This document shows positions 26,157-34,471 of a stretch of DNA of 41,319 nt, in pieces. A program made the translations under genes and the position numbers. Position 1 is the stretch's first letter. Every line of letters begins with the position of its first letter. Under the pieces are notes generated by a model. That model ran no database searches. It saw only the letters and a program-made list of their open reading frames with translations, and was not told the origin of the DNA. Source of the stretch: a virus (Duplodnaviria > Caudoviricetes); IMG/VR virus record IMGVR_UViG_3300016467_000450, positions 1-41,319 of that record. The stretch is one strand, 5' to 3'.

Positions 26157-28250
26157 TCACGGGGCAATGAGCAGTTGGCGCAGTTCCTTGATGACGACGC
26201 TGGGCAAGTCCTCGACATTGTTCAGCACGAGGCTCTTGGGGTAGAACTGGCGCACAGCGTCGGATTGAATGCCGATGCCCACAACCTTGACGCCCGATGC
26301 AGAAATGTCCTTCACCTTCTGCTTCAGGTGGCGGTTGAGGTCGGCGCTGTTGCCGGCCGCTGCGGGGTAGCCGTCAGACAGAACCAGCATGATCTTGCCA
26401 GCCTCACGGCGAGCCATGAGACGACGCGCCGCGATCTCCACGCTCTCACCGTCCACGTTGCTGCGGAGGATGCGAGTGTTGGGCAGCCAGCCGAAGCGTT
26501 CTTTCACGTCCGTCGTCATGCGCTCCTCGTAGCCCTTGAGGATGGGCATGTAGAGCGCTTCCATACGAGAGTAGCTTCGGGCGATGGCGGCAGAACTCTT
26601 GGAGACTTCGGACGGCGAGCAGCCCAGTTCCTTCGTCGTGAAGCAGATGACTTCGTTCTTGATGCCAATCCGATCCAGCACGGCAGACAGCGCGAATGCA
26701 GCCTGCGAGGCGGTGTGAATCTTCGACCCGCTCATGGAGCCAGAGGCGTCAACGACAAGCTCAACGGCCACATCCTTGCTGGTGGACTCCTGCTTGCGGC
26801 TGAACACCCGATCGTCGTTGAGCGCCAGGCGAGACAGGTTGGCCGAATGCAGACGACCCGAGCGATGTCCATGCGATCGCGTGGCAAGCGACCGTGCGGC
26901 GATTGCCCGCTCCAAGTCTTTCTGAAGCGGCGCGACCATGTGTTCCGTCTTCTCGATGAGGCTCTTGGTCATGGTGGGCGAGTAGCCTGACCCGATCGGC
27001 AGCTTCTCGATCACGTCGTAGTCCTTCGTGAACACGAGGTAGTCGGCGTTCTCGGCGACTTTCGCGGTGCTGTCGGAGATGATGCGGGTCATCGCCTCGT
27101 CGTAGTCGTTGGCACCGTCCTTGTCCAGCTTCTCCCAGATCGCTTGAGACTCTTCCAGCGTGACTTCCTCGTCGTCAGAATCGCCAGCGCTGGCTGCGCT
27201 CGATGAGGGGCCGTCACTTTCCTCTTCCGGAGCGGGTTCGTCTTCAACTTCGACATCCGACTCGTCTTCAGGATCAGACTTCGGGTCAGGTTCCGCGCCG
27301 GACTCGTCTTCGCCCTCTTCTTCTTTTTCGTCTTCGCCAGGTGTCGGTTCGGACTTCTCGTCTTCGTCCTTCTTGCCGTCTTCAGACTTGCCGCCACCCT
27401 CACCCTCTTCTTCCTTGTCGGGTTTGCCGCCACCGCCGGCCTCGTCTTCAGATTCCTTTTCTTCTTTCTCAGGCTTCGGTTCGGGCTTGCCCTTCGACTT
27501 GCCCTTCGACTTTTCTGGCTTGCCCTTCGACTTGCCGCCAGCAGTGGTGCCGCCGCTGCCGGACTCGTCTTCTTCCTCCGACTTGTCTTTGCCCTTGCCG
27601 CCGGTCGAGCCTTCGCTCATGCGCTTGCCGATCTCGATTGCAAGCTCCAGACAGTCCTTCGTCGAGGCCGCAGCTTCGATCTTCGGGGCCAGGTCTTTGA
27701 TCTTTTCGTACACAGGTTCGACGGTCGTCCACTTGTCCTTCATGAACTCTTGGAAGACATGCTGTCCAGACATGGCTCGAACCATCGGCACGATCAGCGT
27801 CTCGATAACGCCCAGCGCGTCGCCGGCGGCCGCTTTCTCTTTCATACGAGGCACGACGAACTTGTCCAGATAGAACTTGCCGGTCGTGGACAGGTTGTAT
27901 GCAGAGCCTTGAAAGCGCTGCGCCATGCACTTCTCAATGCGCGGGTCTTCGAGCGCGTTCAGCAGGAAGCCGGTGCGCTTGCCGTGCTTCATCGCTTCGG
28001 CCATCACCGGGAACTCCGTGAACAGGATGTGCGCGACCTCGTGGTCGAGAAAGCCTTGAATGGCGTTGCACAGGTCTTCACCGGCGTTGTCGGGCAGGTA
28101 GGGCAGGTTCACCAGAACCGGCACGCCGCGATGATCCGCCTTGACGTATGCGTTGACGCCTTGTTGCGTAACGCGAATGCCCTTACCGGACAGCATCTGC
28201 GTGATCTTTACGACCGACTCGCGCAGGATGAACACACGATCATTCTTCAA
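26157..28250 (-). CDS. cobT: CobT-like VWA protein
   Basis: HEVAH and LEDPRIE N-domain, long acidic linker, MIDAS DASGS, LSDG.P, VVGIGI; TTG start with AAGGAG. Confidence 0.88.
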   Translation of the reverse strand: MKNDRVFILRESVVKITQMLSGKGIRVTQQGVNAYVKADHRGVPVLVNLPYLPDNAGEDLCNAIQGFLDHEVAHILFTEFPVMAEAMKHGKRTGFLLNALEDPRIEKCMAQRFQGSAYNLSTTGKFYLDKFVVPRMKEKAAAGDALGVIETLIVPMVRAMSGQHVFQEFMKDKWTTVEPVYEKIKDLAPKIEAAASTKDCLELAIEIGKRMSEGSTGGKGKDKSEEEDESGSGGTTAGGKSKGKPEKSKGKSKGKPEPKPEKEEKESEDEAGGGGKPDKEEEGEGGGKSEDGKKDEDEKSEPTPGEDEKEEEGEDESGAEPDPKSDPEDESDVEVEDEPAPEEESDGPSSSAASAGDSDDEEVTLEESQAIWEKLDKDGANDYDEAMTRIISDSTAKVAENADYLVFTKDYDVIEKLPIGSGYSPTMTKSLIEKTEHMVAPLQKDLERAIAARSLATRSHGHRSGRLHSANLSRLALNDDRVFSRKQESTSKDVAVELVVDASGSMSGSKIHTASQAAFALSAVLDRIGIKNEVICFTTKELGCSPSEVSKSSAAIARSYSRMEALYMPILKGYEERMTTDVKERFGWLPNTRILRSNVDGESVEIAARRLMARREAGKIMLVLSDGYPAAAGNSADLNRHLKQKVKDISASGVKVVGIGIQSDAVRQFYPKSLVLNNVEDLPSVVIKELRQLLIAP

Positions 28251-28263
28251 TTGCTTCTCCTTT

Positions 28264-28314
28264 AGTCACTCATGACTGATAGCGTTACTTTATGAAATGA
28301 GTGCAGGAGAAGCA
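28264..28314 (-). promoter_or_regulatory. cobT promoter with downstream operator
   Basis: TTGCTT-17-TAAAGT on the minus strand; AGTCA-ctca-TGACT at 28264-28277. Confidence 0.65.
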
Positions 28315-28351
28315 ACAACCTTGATTGCATTGCCATGCACATCCCCAAATC

Positions 28352-28378
28352 AAAAAGGGCCGCGCACGGCCCTATTTA
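28352..28378 (-). terminator. Rho-independent terminator
   Basis: AGGGCCG-tgcg-CGGCCCT followed by TTTT on the minus strand. Confidence 0.7.
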
Positions 28379-28389
28379 TGCTTCTTCAA

Positions 28390-28593
28390 TCACACAACCA
28401 CTAGCGCAGCTTGTCCAAACGCAGTCGAGAAAAGTCCGATCTGCCCATGACTGGGGTGCCGGCCGATGTGAATCAAAGCACTCCCCAGGTCCAGCGAAGC
28501 ACTCACCTCCATTTCCTCAAGCAAGTCAACGCTTGCCTGATGGGTCAGTTCGCGCAGTTCTACACTGGCCGGAGTTCCCTTCAGTACGTCCAT
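28390..28593 (-). CDS. Small hypothetical protein divergent from the repressor
   Basis: 67-aa ORF with upstream TAGAAT and a degenerate operator (28624), followed by a terminator. Confidence 0.6.
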   Translation of the reverse strand: MDVLKGTPASVELRELTHQASVDLLEEMEVSASLDLGSALIHIGRHPSHGQIGLFSTAFGQAALVVV

Positions 28594-28673
28594 GTATCTC
28601 TCGTTATTAGTTATTCAGATTCTAGTCACCCGTAGCTTAGTTTCAGGTCAATGGCACCTCCGTGTCAGGGAAC

Positions 28674-28702
28674 TTGCATAGCTCTCAAATTGCCGATACA
28701 TT
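28674..28702 (+). promoter_or_regulatory. Putative repressor promoter
   Basis: TTGCAT-17-TACATT. Confidence 0.5.
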
Positions 28703-28787
28703 GTACTCAGTCGTTAGTTAGCCCCGCTCGCTATACTGAACTTTGTCAGCCCGTCGTCTGGGCTTCACGCTCACGGAGATGACCCTC

Positions 28788-29234
28788 ATGGTCACGAGTA
28801 AGGCGTCCAAGGTTACGCCCGCAAGTGCAAGCAAACCTAAGAACGTGGCCGAGTACATTGCTTGGCAGATCAATCTGTGTGGAAAGAAACAGACTCAGAT
28901 TGCTGAAGAAGTTGGCTTTGAAAAGCCAAACGTCATCACAATGATCAAGCAAGGCAAGACGAAGGTTCCGATCAATAAAATCGGTAAATTCGCAAAGGCT
29001 TTGGAGGTTGACCCAATCTTCTTCATGAAGATGGTCTTCACTGAGTACATGCCGGACGCAATGGAAGCAATCAATTCCATCATCAACCAGCCAATCATTA
29101 CGCAAAACGAGTGGGAGATCGTCGAAGTGATTCGTTCGGCGAAAGTGGTGAATCCCAGGCTGCGCACCGACGAGGAACGCAGGGCACTCAAGGACTTCAT
29201 CAATACATTGAAGCCCGACAACGCAGCCAAATAG
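28788..29234 (+). CDS. Xre/Cro-CI-type HTH transcriptional regulator (candidate repressor)
   Basis: KKQTQIAEEVGFEKPNVITMIKQGKTKVP...FAKALEVDP; GGAG SD before ATG 28788. Confidence 0.85.
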   Translation: MVTSKASKVTPASASKPKNVAEYIAWQINLCGKKQTQIAEEVGFEKPNVITMIKQGKTKVPINKIGKFAKALEVDPIFFMKMVFTEYMPDAMEAINSIINQPIITQNEWEIVEVIRSAKVVNPRLRTDEERRALKDFINTLKPDNAAK

Positions 29235-29256
29235 AACTTCACTTGCTTCCACTTTC

Positions 29257-29280
29257 AGGGGCGCTTCGGCGTCCCTTTTT
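29257..29280 (+). terminator. Rho-independent terminator
   Basis: AGGGGCGC-TTCG-GCGTCCCT-TTTT. Confidence 0.85.
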
Positions 29281-29397
29281 GTTGTGCGGCGCGGCAATCA
29301 TAGATGTCTCCGAATGTAAAGGATTGACGGTCTGTCAACTCGCCGACCGGCGGCACAAAATAAGTCACCAGTGGCGCAGACCTAGGTAGGCACCCGG

Positions 29398-29421
29398 TAT
29401 ACTTCAAAGTCACGAATGACT
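29398..29421 (+). promoter_or_regulatory. -10 box TATACT and operator upstream of alpA
   Basis: tatact at 29398-29403; AGTCA-cgaa-TGACT at 29408-29421; degenerate copy at 29363. Confidence 0.6.
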
Positions 29422-29437
29422 TATTGTTCCGCTCACT

Positions 29438-29686
29438 ATGAAGCTAATCAAGTTGTCCGAGGTTGAGGCGCTAGTCGGCCTGAAGAAGTCCAAAATCTAC
29501 GCACTGATTCAAAAGGGAACTTTTCCCTCTCCCATCAAGGTTGGACGCTCGTCGTCATGGCTGGTTGCGGAGGTTGAGGAATGGATTGCCCTTCACGCCA
29601 TGCTGCGAACCACTCCCAAGGATGCGGCGCTACAGATTCTTGCCGCAGCGCGTCCAGGTAATCTGCCCACGCCTGCATCATCTTGA
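29438..29686 (+). CDS. alpA: AlpA-family regulator, probable excisionase (RDF)
   Basis: LIKLSEV...VGLKKSKIY..I..G.FP.PIK.GRSS.W...EVEEWI. Confidence 0.88.
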   Translation: MKLIKLSEVEALVGLKKSKIYALIQKGTFPSPIKVGRSSSWLVAEVEEWIALHAMLRTTPKDAALQILAAARPGNLPTPASS

Positions 29687-30830
29687 CTCGCCAGGGCCAA
29701 TACTCAGCGCGGTTGTAGGCCCGCTTCACCTTGTTGGCCTCTTCATGGGCAAGCTGCTTCTCCGTCAGCTTGCTGTCGAACCCACCTTCCTCAAGCAGCG
29801 TCTTGGCTGTCGTTCTGAAGCCGTGCGTTGAATGCCGGCCGTTGTAGCCAAGTCGGTGCAGGTTCTTCATGAAAGTGGTGTCGCCGTAACCCTGTCCAGG
29901 CTTGACGGGGCTGGGAAAGAGCAGCTTGCCGCTGCCGGTGATCGTCTTCAGGTTCTTCAATAGTTCCACGGTCTGCTTGGCCAGCGGAACCAAGAAGGCG
30001 CGATCCATCTTCATCTGATCGTCCGGCACCAGCCAGGTGGCGTTGTCCAGATCGAACTGATCCCAGGACGCGAACCGCAGATTCTGCGGACGCACGAACA
30101 CCAGGGCGTTCAACCGCAACGCGATGATGGGCAGCGTGGACTCTTCCTCGTGCAGCTTCTTCAGCAGCGCGGCAAGCTCGGCAGGATCGACTAGCGCCGG
30201 ATGGTGCCCTTCGCTGTGCTTGGCGAAAGTCGTGCGCTTGACCCGCTGAACTGGATTCACTTCCAGCTTATTTTTGTCCACCGCAAGCTCGAAGGCGCGG
30301 TTGAGCAAAGACCGTACCCGTGTCAGCTTGTAGTTTGCGCCACGCTTCTCGACTCGCTCCAAGATGGTGCGAATGTCGTCTGGTGTGATTGACTTTGCCA
30401 ATCGTGTACCGATGAACGGTAAAACGTCTCTTTTGATGGCGAGGTCAAAGTCGTCGTAGTGGGTGGCGCTCCATTCCGCTTTGTGCTTGTCCAACCAGTC
30501 CTGAAGCATTTCCGCCACGGTCTGCGGCGCGTCGGTTGGAATCCTGGCCTGGCGTCGAAGCTCCACTGGGTCTTTGCCCCGCAGGATGTTGTCTCGCGCT
30601 TCTTGTGCAAGCGTTCGAGCCGTGGACAGAGTGACTTGAGGGTAGGTGCCGATCGAGTAGGTCTTCTCGCGGCCTTCCCAGGTGTACTTCAGTTGCCAGG
30701 ACGGTGAGCCGGTCGGCCGAACCACGAGGTACAGGTTCGAGCCGTCCGCAATCTTGGTCACGCCGCCCTTCTCTCGCGCTTCCTTCAAGCGCTTCTCCAA
30801 CTCCCTTTGCGACAGGTCATGCAGGCCCAT
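29535..30830 (-). CDS. int: P4-like tyrosine integrase
   Basis: Arm-binding domain (ADG.NLYL.V, IGTYP.VTL..AR), catalytic R (FVRP), HGFR, LAH, AYNR..Y...R..MMQ.WAD. Confidence 0.95.
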   Translation of the reverse strand: MGLHDLSQRELEKRLKEAREKGGVTKIADGSNLYLVVRPTGSPSWQLKYTWEGREKTYSIGTYPQVTLSTARTLAQEARDNILRGKDPVELRRQARIPTDAPQTVAEMLQDWLDKHKAEWSATHYDDFDLAIKRDVLPFIGTRLAKSITPDDIRTILERVEKRGANYKLTRVRSLLNRAFELAVDKNKLEVNPVQRVKRTTFAKHSEGHHPALVDPAELAALLKKLHEEESTLPIIALRLNALVFVRPQNLRFASWDQFDLDNATWLVPDDQMKMDRAFLVPLAKQTVELLKNLKTITGSGKLLFPSPVKPGQGYGDTTFMKNLHRLGYNGRHSTHGFRTTAKTLLEEGGFDSKLTEKQLAHEEANKVKRAYNRAEYWPWRVKMMQAWADYLDALRQESVAPHPWEWFAAWREGQSIPQPPQPAMTTSVQP

Positions 30831-31117
30831 AGTGGTAACGAAAACCCCGTAAGTGGTAACGGGGTAAGTATAGAGGGGCGGGCACTAGCGTTACCCCTGC
30901 AAATACCACTCGTGAGCGTGGAGGCAGGCGGTCTTCTGCGGAAGACCCTGGAAAAGAAAAAGCCCCAAGCTGTTGATTTCTTGGGGCTTTTTGAACCATC
31001 GTGGAAGTCAGCGGACGCTGAAGAACTTCATTCTGGCGGAGACGGAGGGATGCTTACATCTAGTATTCATGCGGGTTCCGAGACGGTCAAAGTGGATTTA
31101 CCACTATCGTTACCACT
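30831..31117. other. attP: arm-type repeats, IHF site and tRNA-derived core
   Basis: AGTGGTAACG at 30831 and 30852, inverted copies at 30889, 31097 and 31108; IHF consensus AATCAACAGCTTG (minus, 30966-30978); core ATCCCTCCGTCTCCGCCA (minus, 31034-31051) resembling a tRNA-Ser 3' end. Confidence 0.8.
30957..30992. terminator. Bidirectional terminator within attP
   Basis: AAAAAGCCCCAAG-10 nt-CTTGGGGCTTTTT. Confidence 0.8.
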
Positions 31118-31738
31118 GGTGAAAGCCGGCGAGTAAGTCATCCGGATAAGCTCGTCCACGACCGTCTTCGAGTTCTCCTCGTTGAAGTAGAGCAGATTCA
31201 CATCCGCTTTCGAAGCCTCCTGGTCAGCCCACTTCGTCTCGTCGCCCATCATCACGCCCAGGCGCTTCGAATAGGTGTCCAGGATCGCGCCAGCCGTGCC
31301 CTTGCCAAGCGCAAGTGTGAAGTCGGACAGCATGCGCTCAAGGAAGCGATGCGCGATGACCTCCGGCGGATTGTTGATGAAGACCGCGATGTGACGCCAG
31401 CCGTTCTTAGCGGCGTACTCACGAATCTGGCGCAGACCCTCCGGCTCGACAACCACCACCACGGGGCGGTTCATGGCGAACACGCGCTCGACTTCTTTGG
31501 CGCTGACGCCGTAGAAGTTGCCGTTGAAGTGAACCGTCTCCACGAAGGCGTCACAAGCCGCCAAGCGTTTGAATTCGGACTTGTCGATGAAGTAGTAGGA
31601 CTTGCCGTTGACCTCACCCTCGCGCATCGGGCGCGTGGTCGTGGAGATCACGTTTTCGAAGCCGGCCTGCTTGAGCATCTTCTCCAGCGTGGACTTGCCA
31701 GAGCAGGATGGGCCAGTGAGAGTGAGAATCGTTCGCAT
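31067..31738 (-). CDS. gmk: Guanylate kinase-like protein
   Basis: GPSCSGKST, STTTRPMREGE.NG..YYF, F.E...F.GNFYG. Confidence 0.88.
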   Translation of the reverse strand: MRTILTLTGPSCSGKSTLEKMLKQAGFENVISTTTRPMREGEVNGKSYYFIDKSEFKRLAACDAFVETVHFNGNFYGVSAKEVERVFAMNRPVVVVVEPEGLRQIREYAAKNGWRHIAVFINNPPEVIAHRFLERMLSDFTLALGKGTAGAILDTYSKRLGVMMGDETKWADQEASKADVNLLYFNEENSKTVVDELIRMTYSPAFTSGNDSGKSTLTVSEPA

Positions 31739-32194
31739 TTAAGATGTCTCCTCGAAGGATGTGTATCTGGAGTTGATGGTCAGTTCGTCACTTTGGTGGA
31801 CGATCGAGTTCTGAGCGCCAAGGTAGGTGTCGAGCGTCCACCCTGGCCTCTGGAAGATGCCGTCAGGGTCTTGCTCGATCAGCTTGCGCAGCGCCTTCTT
31901 GTCGTAGGTGTCAACGCCCTTCTCTTTGAGATAGGAGCGCTTGAGCGTGAATCTGGCCGGCTCCGTGATGCGCGTCTTGCCGACCAGATCAAGCGACCGG
32001 ACGTTCAGCTTCACCGGAACCGCAGACAGTCCCGTGAGTGCTTCGGCGAAGTTGGCAAGGCCAACATCGACGCGCAGAAACTCGATGCGGCTGTTGCAGT
32101 CCTTGAAGGCGATGCTCACGCTGCCCTCGTACCGATCGCCGCCTTGTGGGCGACTGATCGTGATTTCGCCATCAAGCGTTCTCTGGCTGGTCAT
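31739..32194 (-). CDS. Hypothetical protein
   Basis: 151-aa ORF abutting gmk. Confidence 0.7.
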   Translation of the reverse strand: MTSQRTLDGEITISRPQGGDRYEGSVSIAFKDCNSRIEFLRVDVGLANFAEALTGLSAVPVKLNVRSLDLVGKTRITEPARFTLKRSYLKEKGVDTYDKKALRKLIEQDPDGIFQRPGWTLDTYLGAQNSIVHQSDELTINSRYTSFEETS

Positions 32195-32375
32195 CGCTCT
32201 TTTCCTTTGGTTGCAGCTTGCGAGTGATGAACGACAGGAAGGCGGTCATCGCAAAGAGCGGAACCTCCTCCCCGTTGCGGTCAAGCACCTGGACAAGTCC
32301 ACCCAGCCCCGACGGAATCACACGCTCCGTCCAGGGAAAGGTGGCTTGCAGCTTCTTGAACTCGGCGTCGTTCAC
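32172..32375 (-). CDS. Hypothetical protein
   Basis: 67 aa, GTGA overlap with the ligase stop, GGAGG SD. Confidence 0.7.
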   Translation of the reverse strand: MNDAEFKKLQATFPWTERVIPSGLGGLVQVLDRNGEEVPLFAMTAFLSFITRKLQPKEKSDDQPENA

Positions 32376-33730
32376 GCTGCCTCCATTGCCGCCTGTTGTT
32401 GCTCTTCGATCCGAGCCAGATCATCGGCGACTGACTTGTCGAGGCGACGCTCAACGAATCGAGGCAGGAACAACGAGTGGAACTCACTGGACTCCGACGG
32501 GCGCATGATCGAGTTGGCGCGCACGGTGATGATTGCGCCGGCACCCCAGTCGTCACGGTTCTCGTGAATCTCCTTGCGCTTGGCGTCGGTAAAGCCCGAC
32601 ACGCTCACAAGCAGTTGTCCACAAGACGACTTGCACTTCAGGGCACCGAAGGTATCGGCGTTCTTGCCGTTTCCTTCCTCGAATCCGTAGACCTCAAGCT
32701 CCACTTCGAACTCCAGCTTGAGCTTCACTTGCTCTTTGCTGGTGCCGTCTTTCCAGATCGCGTGAGGGTTCTTGATGATCGTGCCTTCCTTGCCCAGCTT
32801 GAGCAGGTCGCGGTAGTGCGAGTAGGCGTCGCCCAGCGAGTGATAGACCCGAGTCTCGATCATCGCCACGTACTGCCCTTCGGTCATCTTCAGTCGGCGG
32901 TTGATGAACGACAGGCGCTTGATGTACGCCACTTCGTATTTGCCCTTAGTCACGACTGAGCTAAGTGGGATGGTGTCCCAAATCATGTAGATCGGGCGCT
33001 CGTTCGCCGCGAAGCTGCCGCCACTCAAAATGCTGTTCAGAATGCCGTTGCCGATCTCGCGTGGCAGAACCTTGCCGTCGCGCTGCACCAGCAGTTCGCC
33101 GTGGTATTGCATGCCATCGGCCAGACGAGCCTTGACCTCGTTCACCAGAAGCTCAAAAGCCTCCATCGGGAAGGGGGAACCCTGCCGACTGCGAATGCTG
33201 ACGATGCCGCTTTCCTCGAAGTCGAGGTTGGCGAACATGCCGTCCGCTTTCTCTTGGGAGATCACACCCAGCGTCCAGTCGAACTCGTTGAGCTTGGCGT
33301 CTTTGGGGAGGCTGCAACGCATGTAGGGGAAGTCGGGAATCAAACCCTTCCACACCTTGTTGCATGTGGACTCGCTGAAGCCGGCACGCATGTCTTTGGT
33401 GATGATGCGCCACAGCAGTTCTGCCGAAGACGCAGACAGCGCGGTCATTTCACCCTGAACGGCCTCGATCGCGGCATTCCCTGTCAGGGTGCGTTCGATC
33501 AGGTCGTCAAGAAGTTCCCAGGTGCCGTCGTCGAACTCGTGGCCGACGTTCGAACCGATGGTTTCGGGACGCTTGCGAATGCCGTAAGTCTTGAACGGGT
33601 TGTAGGCGTAGTTCAGGACGCGCTTGAGCAGTTCGTTGTCGCGGTTAGCCTCCAGCAAGGCGATCTTCTCGTTCTTGCTGGAGGTTGCCGCCACCTGCTC
33701 GATCAGGTTGTAGACGGCATCCGAACTCAT
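32372..33730 (-). CDS. lig: ATP-dependent DNA ligase (T4-like)
   Basis: Motif I EKADG, GELL, EGTIIK, KLK, SLFLPRF...R.DK. Confidence 0.93.
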   Translation of the reverse strand: MSSDAVYNLIEQVAATSSKNEKIALLEANRDNELLKRVLNYAYNPFKTYGIRKRPETIGSNVGHEFDDGTWELLDDLIERTLTGNAAIEAVQGEMTALSASSAELLWRIITKDMRAGFSESTCNKVWKGLIPDFPYMRCSLPKDAKLNEFDWTLGVISQEKADGMFANLDFEESGIVSIRSRQGSPFPMEAFELLVNEVKARLADGMQYHGELLVQRDGKVLPREIGNGILNSILSGGSFAANERPIYMIWDTIPLSSVVTKGKYEVAYIKRLSFINRRLKMTEGQYVAMIETRVYHSLGDAYSHYRDLLKLGKEGTIIKNPHAIWKDGTSKEQVKLKLEFEVELEVYGFEEGNGKNADTFGALKCKSSCGQLLVSVSGFTDAKRKEIHENRDDWGAGAIITVRANSIMRPSESSEFHSLFLPRFVERRLDKSVADDLARIEEQQQAAMEAA

Positions 33731-34128
33731 TGCTTGTCCAGAGAAGTGCCGTTCACGGGCAGGGTTTCGGGATTCATCCAGCCAGGCTCGTCACCAGCCT
33801 TTTGATCCGCTTCGGCTTTCTGTTGCTCGACCTCGGTATAGACCTTGGCAAGCATGGCCTTCATCTTCTCTGCGCCGTCAGCCAGTTGCGTCTGTGCCTC
33901 GTCATGGCTGATGCCGTTCATGACGGCCACAGTGGCGACCGAGCCGGCCAGCGACACCATCAGCGCGGTGGCGACGATCGGGAAGGGAATGCCTTGCTGC
34001 GCCATGCCGTTGATCGTCGTGCGGAACTGGGTCAGCGCGTCGTTCATCTGGTAGTCGAACAGCTTCGCCATTTCGGCGTTCTGGGCTGCGGCTTGGTCTT
34101 GGTTCTGTTGTTCCATCTGGCTCTCCAT
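33727..34128 (-). CDS. Hypothetical helical protein, paralog of 34138..34461
   Basis: ATGA-coupled to the ligase; aligns by eye with its neighbour. Confidence 0.75.
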   Translation of the reverse strand: MESQMEQQNQDQAAAQNAEMAKLFDYQMNDALTQFRTTINGMAQQGIPFPIVATALMVSLAGSVATVAVMNGISHDEAQTQLADGAEKMKAMLAKVYTEVEQQKAEADQKAGDEPGWMNPETLPVNGTSLDKQ

Positions 34129-34137
34129 TGGTGTGAT

Positions 34138-34461
34138 TCAGTTCGACGCTTGTTCGGCCTTCTGACGGGCTTCGAGGCGCGAGTAGATTTCGTCGATGTA
34201 CTCCTGCATGCCCAGCAGCGAGGCGGTCATCGCATCCTTCGCTTCGGCAGCGGTGCGACCGTTCTCGAACGAGGCAACGGCCAGCAGTTGCACGAACGAA
34301 GTCAGGTTGGCGGTGACGACGGCACCGATGGGCATCGTCTCCGACAGACCTTCGACAAAGGTGCCGAACTGCTTGATGCCGTCAGCGATGTAGGCGGACA
34401 TCATCACGCCGAGTTCTGCGGAAGGTTGCGCCGCTTCTTGGTTGGTTTGTTGGTCACTCAT
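34138..34461 (-). CDS. Hypothetical helical protein, paralog of 33727..34128
   Basis: AAGGAG SD; operator overlaps its start codon. Confidence 0.75.
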   Translation of the reverse strand: MSDQQTNQEAAQPSAELGVMMSAYIADGIKQFGTFVEGLSETMPIGAVVTANLTSFVQLLAVASFENGRTAAEAKDAMTASLLGMQEYIDEIYSRLEARQKAEQASN

Positions 34462-34465
34462 GACT
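34452..34465. promoter_or_regulatory. GTCA-N4-TGAC operator
   Basis: ggtca-ctca-tgact overlapping the ATG at 34461. Confidence 0.55.
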
Positions 34466-34471
34466 TACTCC

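Noticed and set aside
27160-27620. Short repeats (gcccttcgactt x3) in cobT and PEPEPK repeats near 19780-19850
   Set aside because: Explained by low-complexity protein linkers.
24854-28250. Cobalamin biosynthesis (cobaltochelatase)
   Set aside because: No CobN or other cob genes; CobS/CobT-like pairs are common in phages without the pathway.
31034-31051. tRNA-Ser gene or prophage boundary
   Set aside because: Only the 3' 18 nt are present and phage genes lie on both sides, so it is an attP core.
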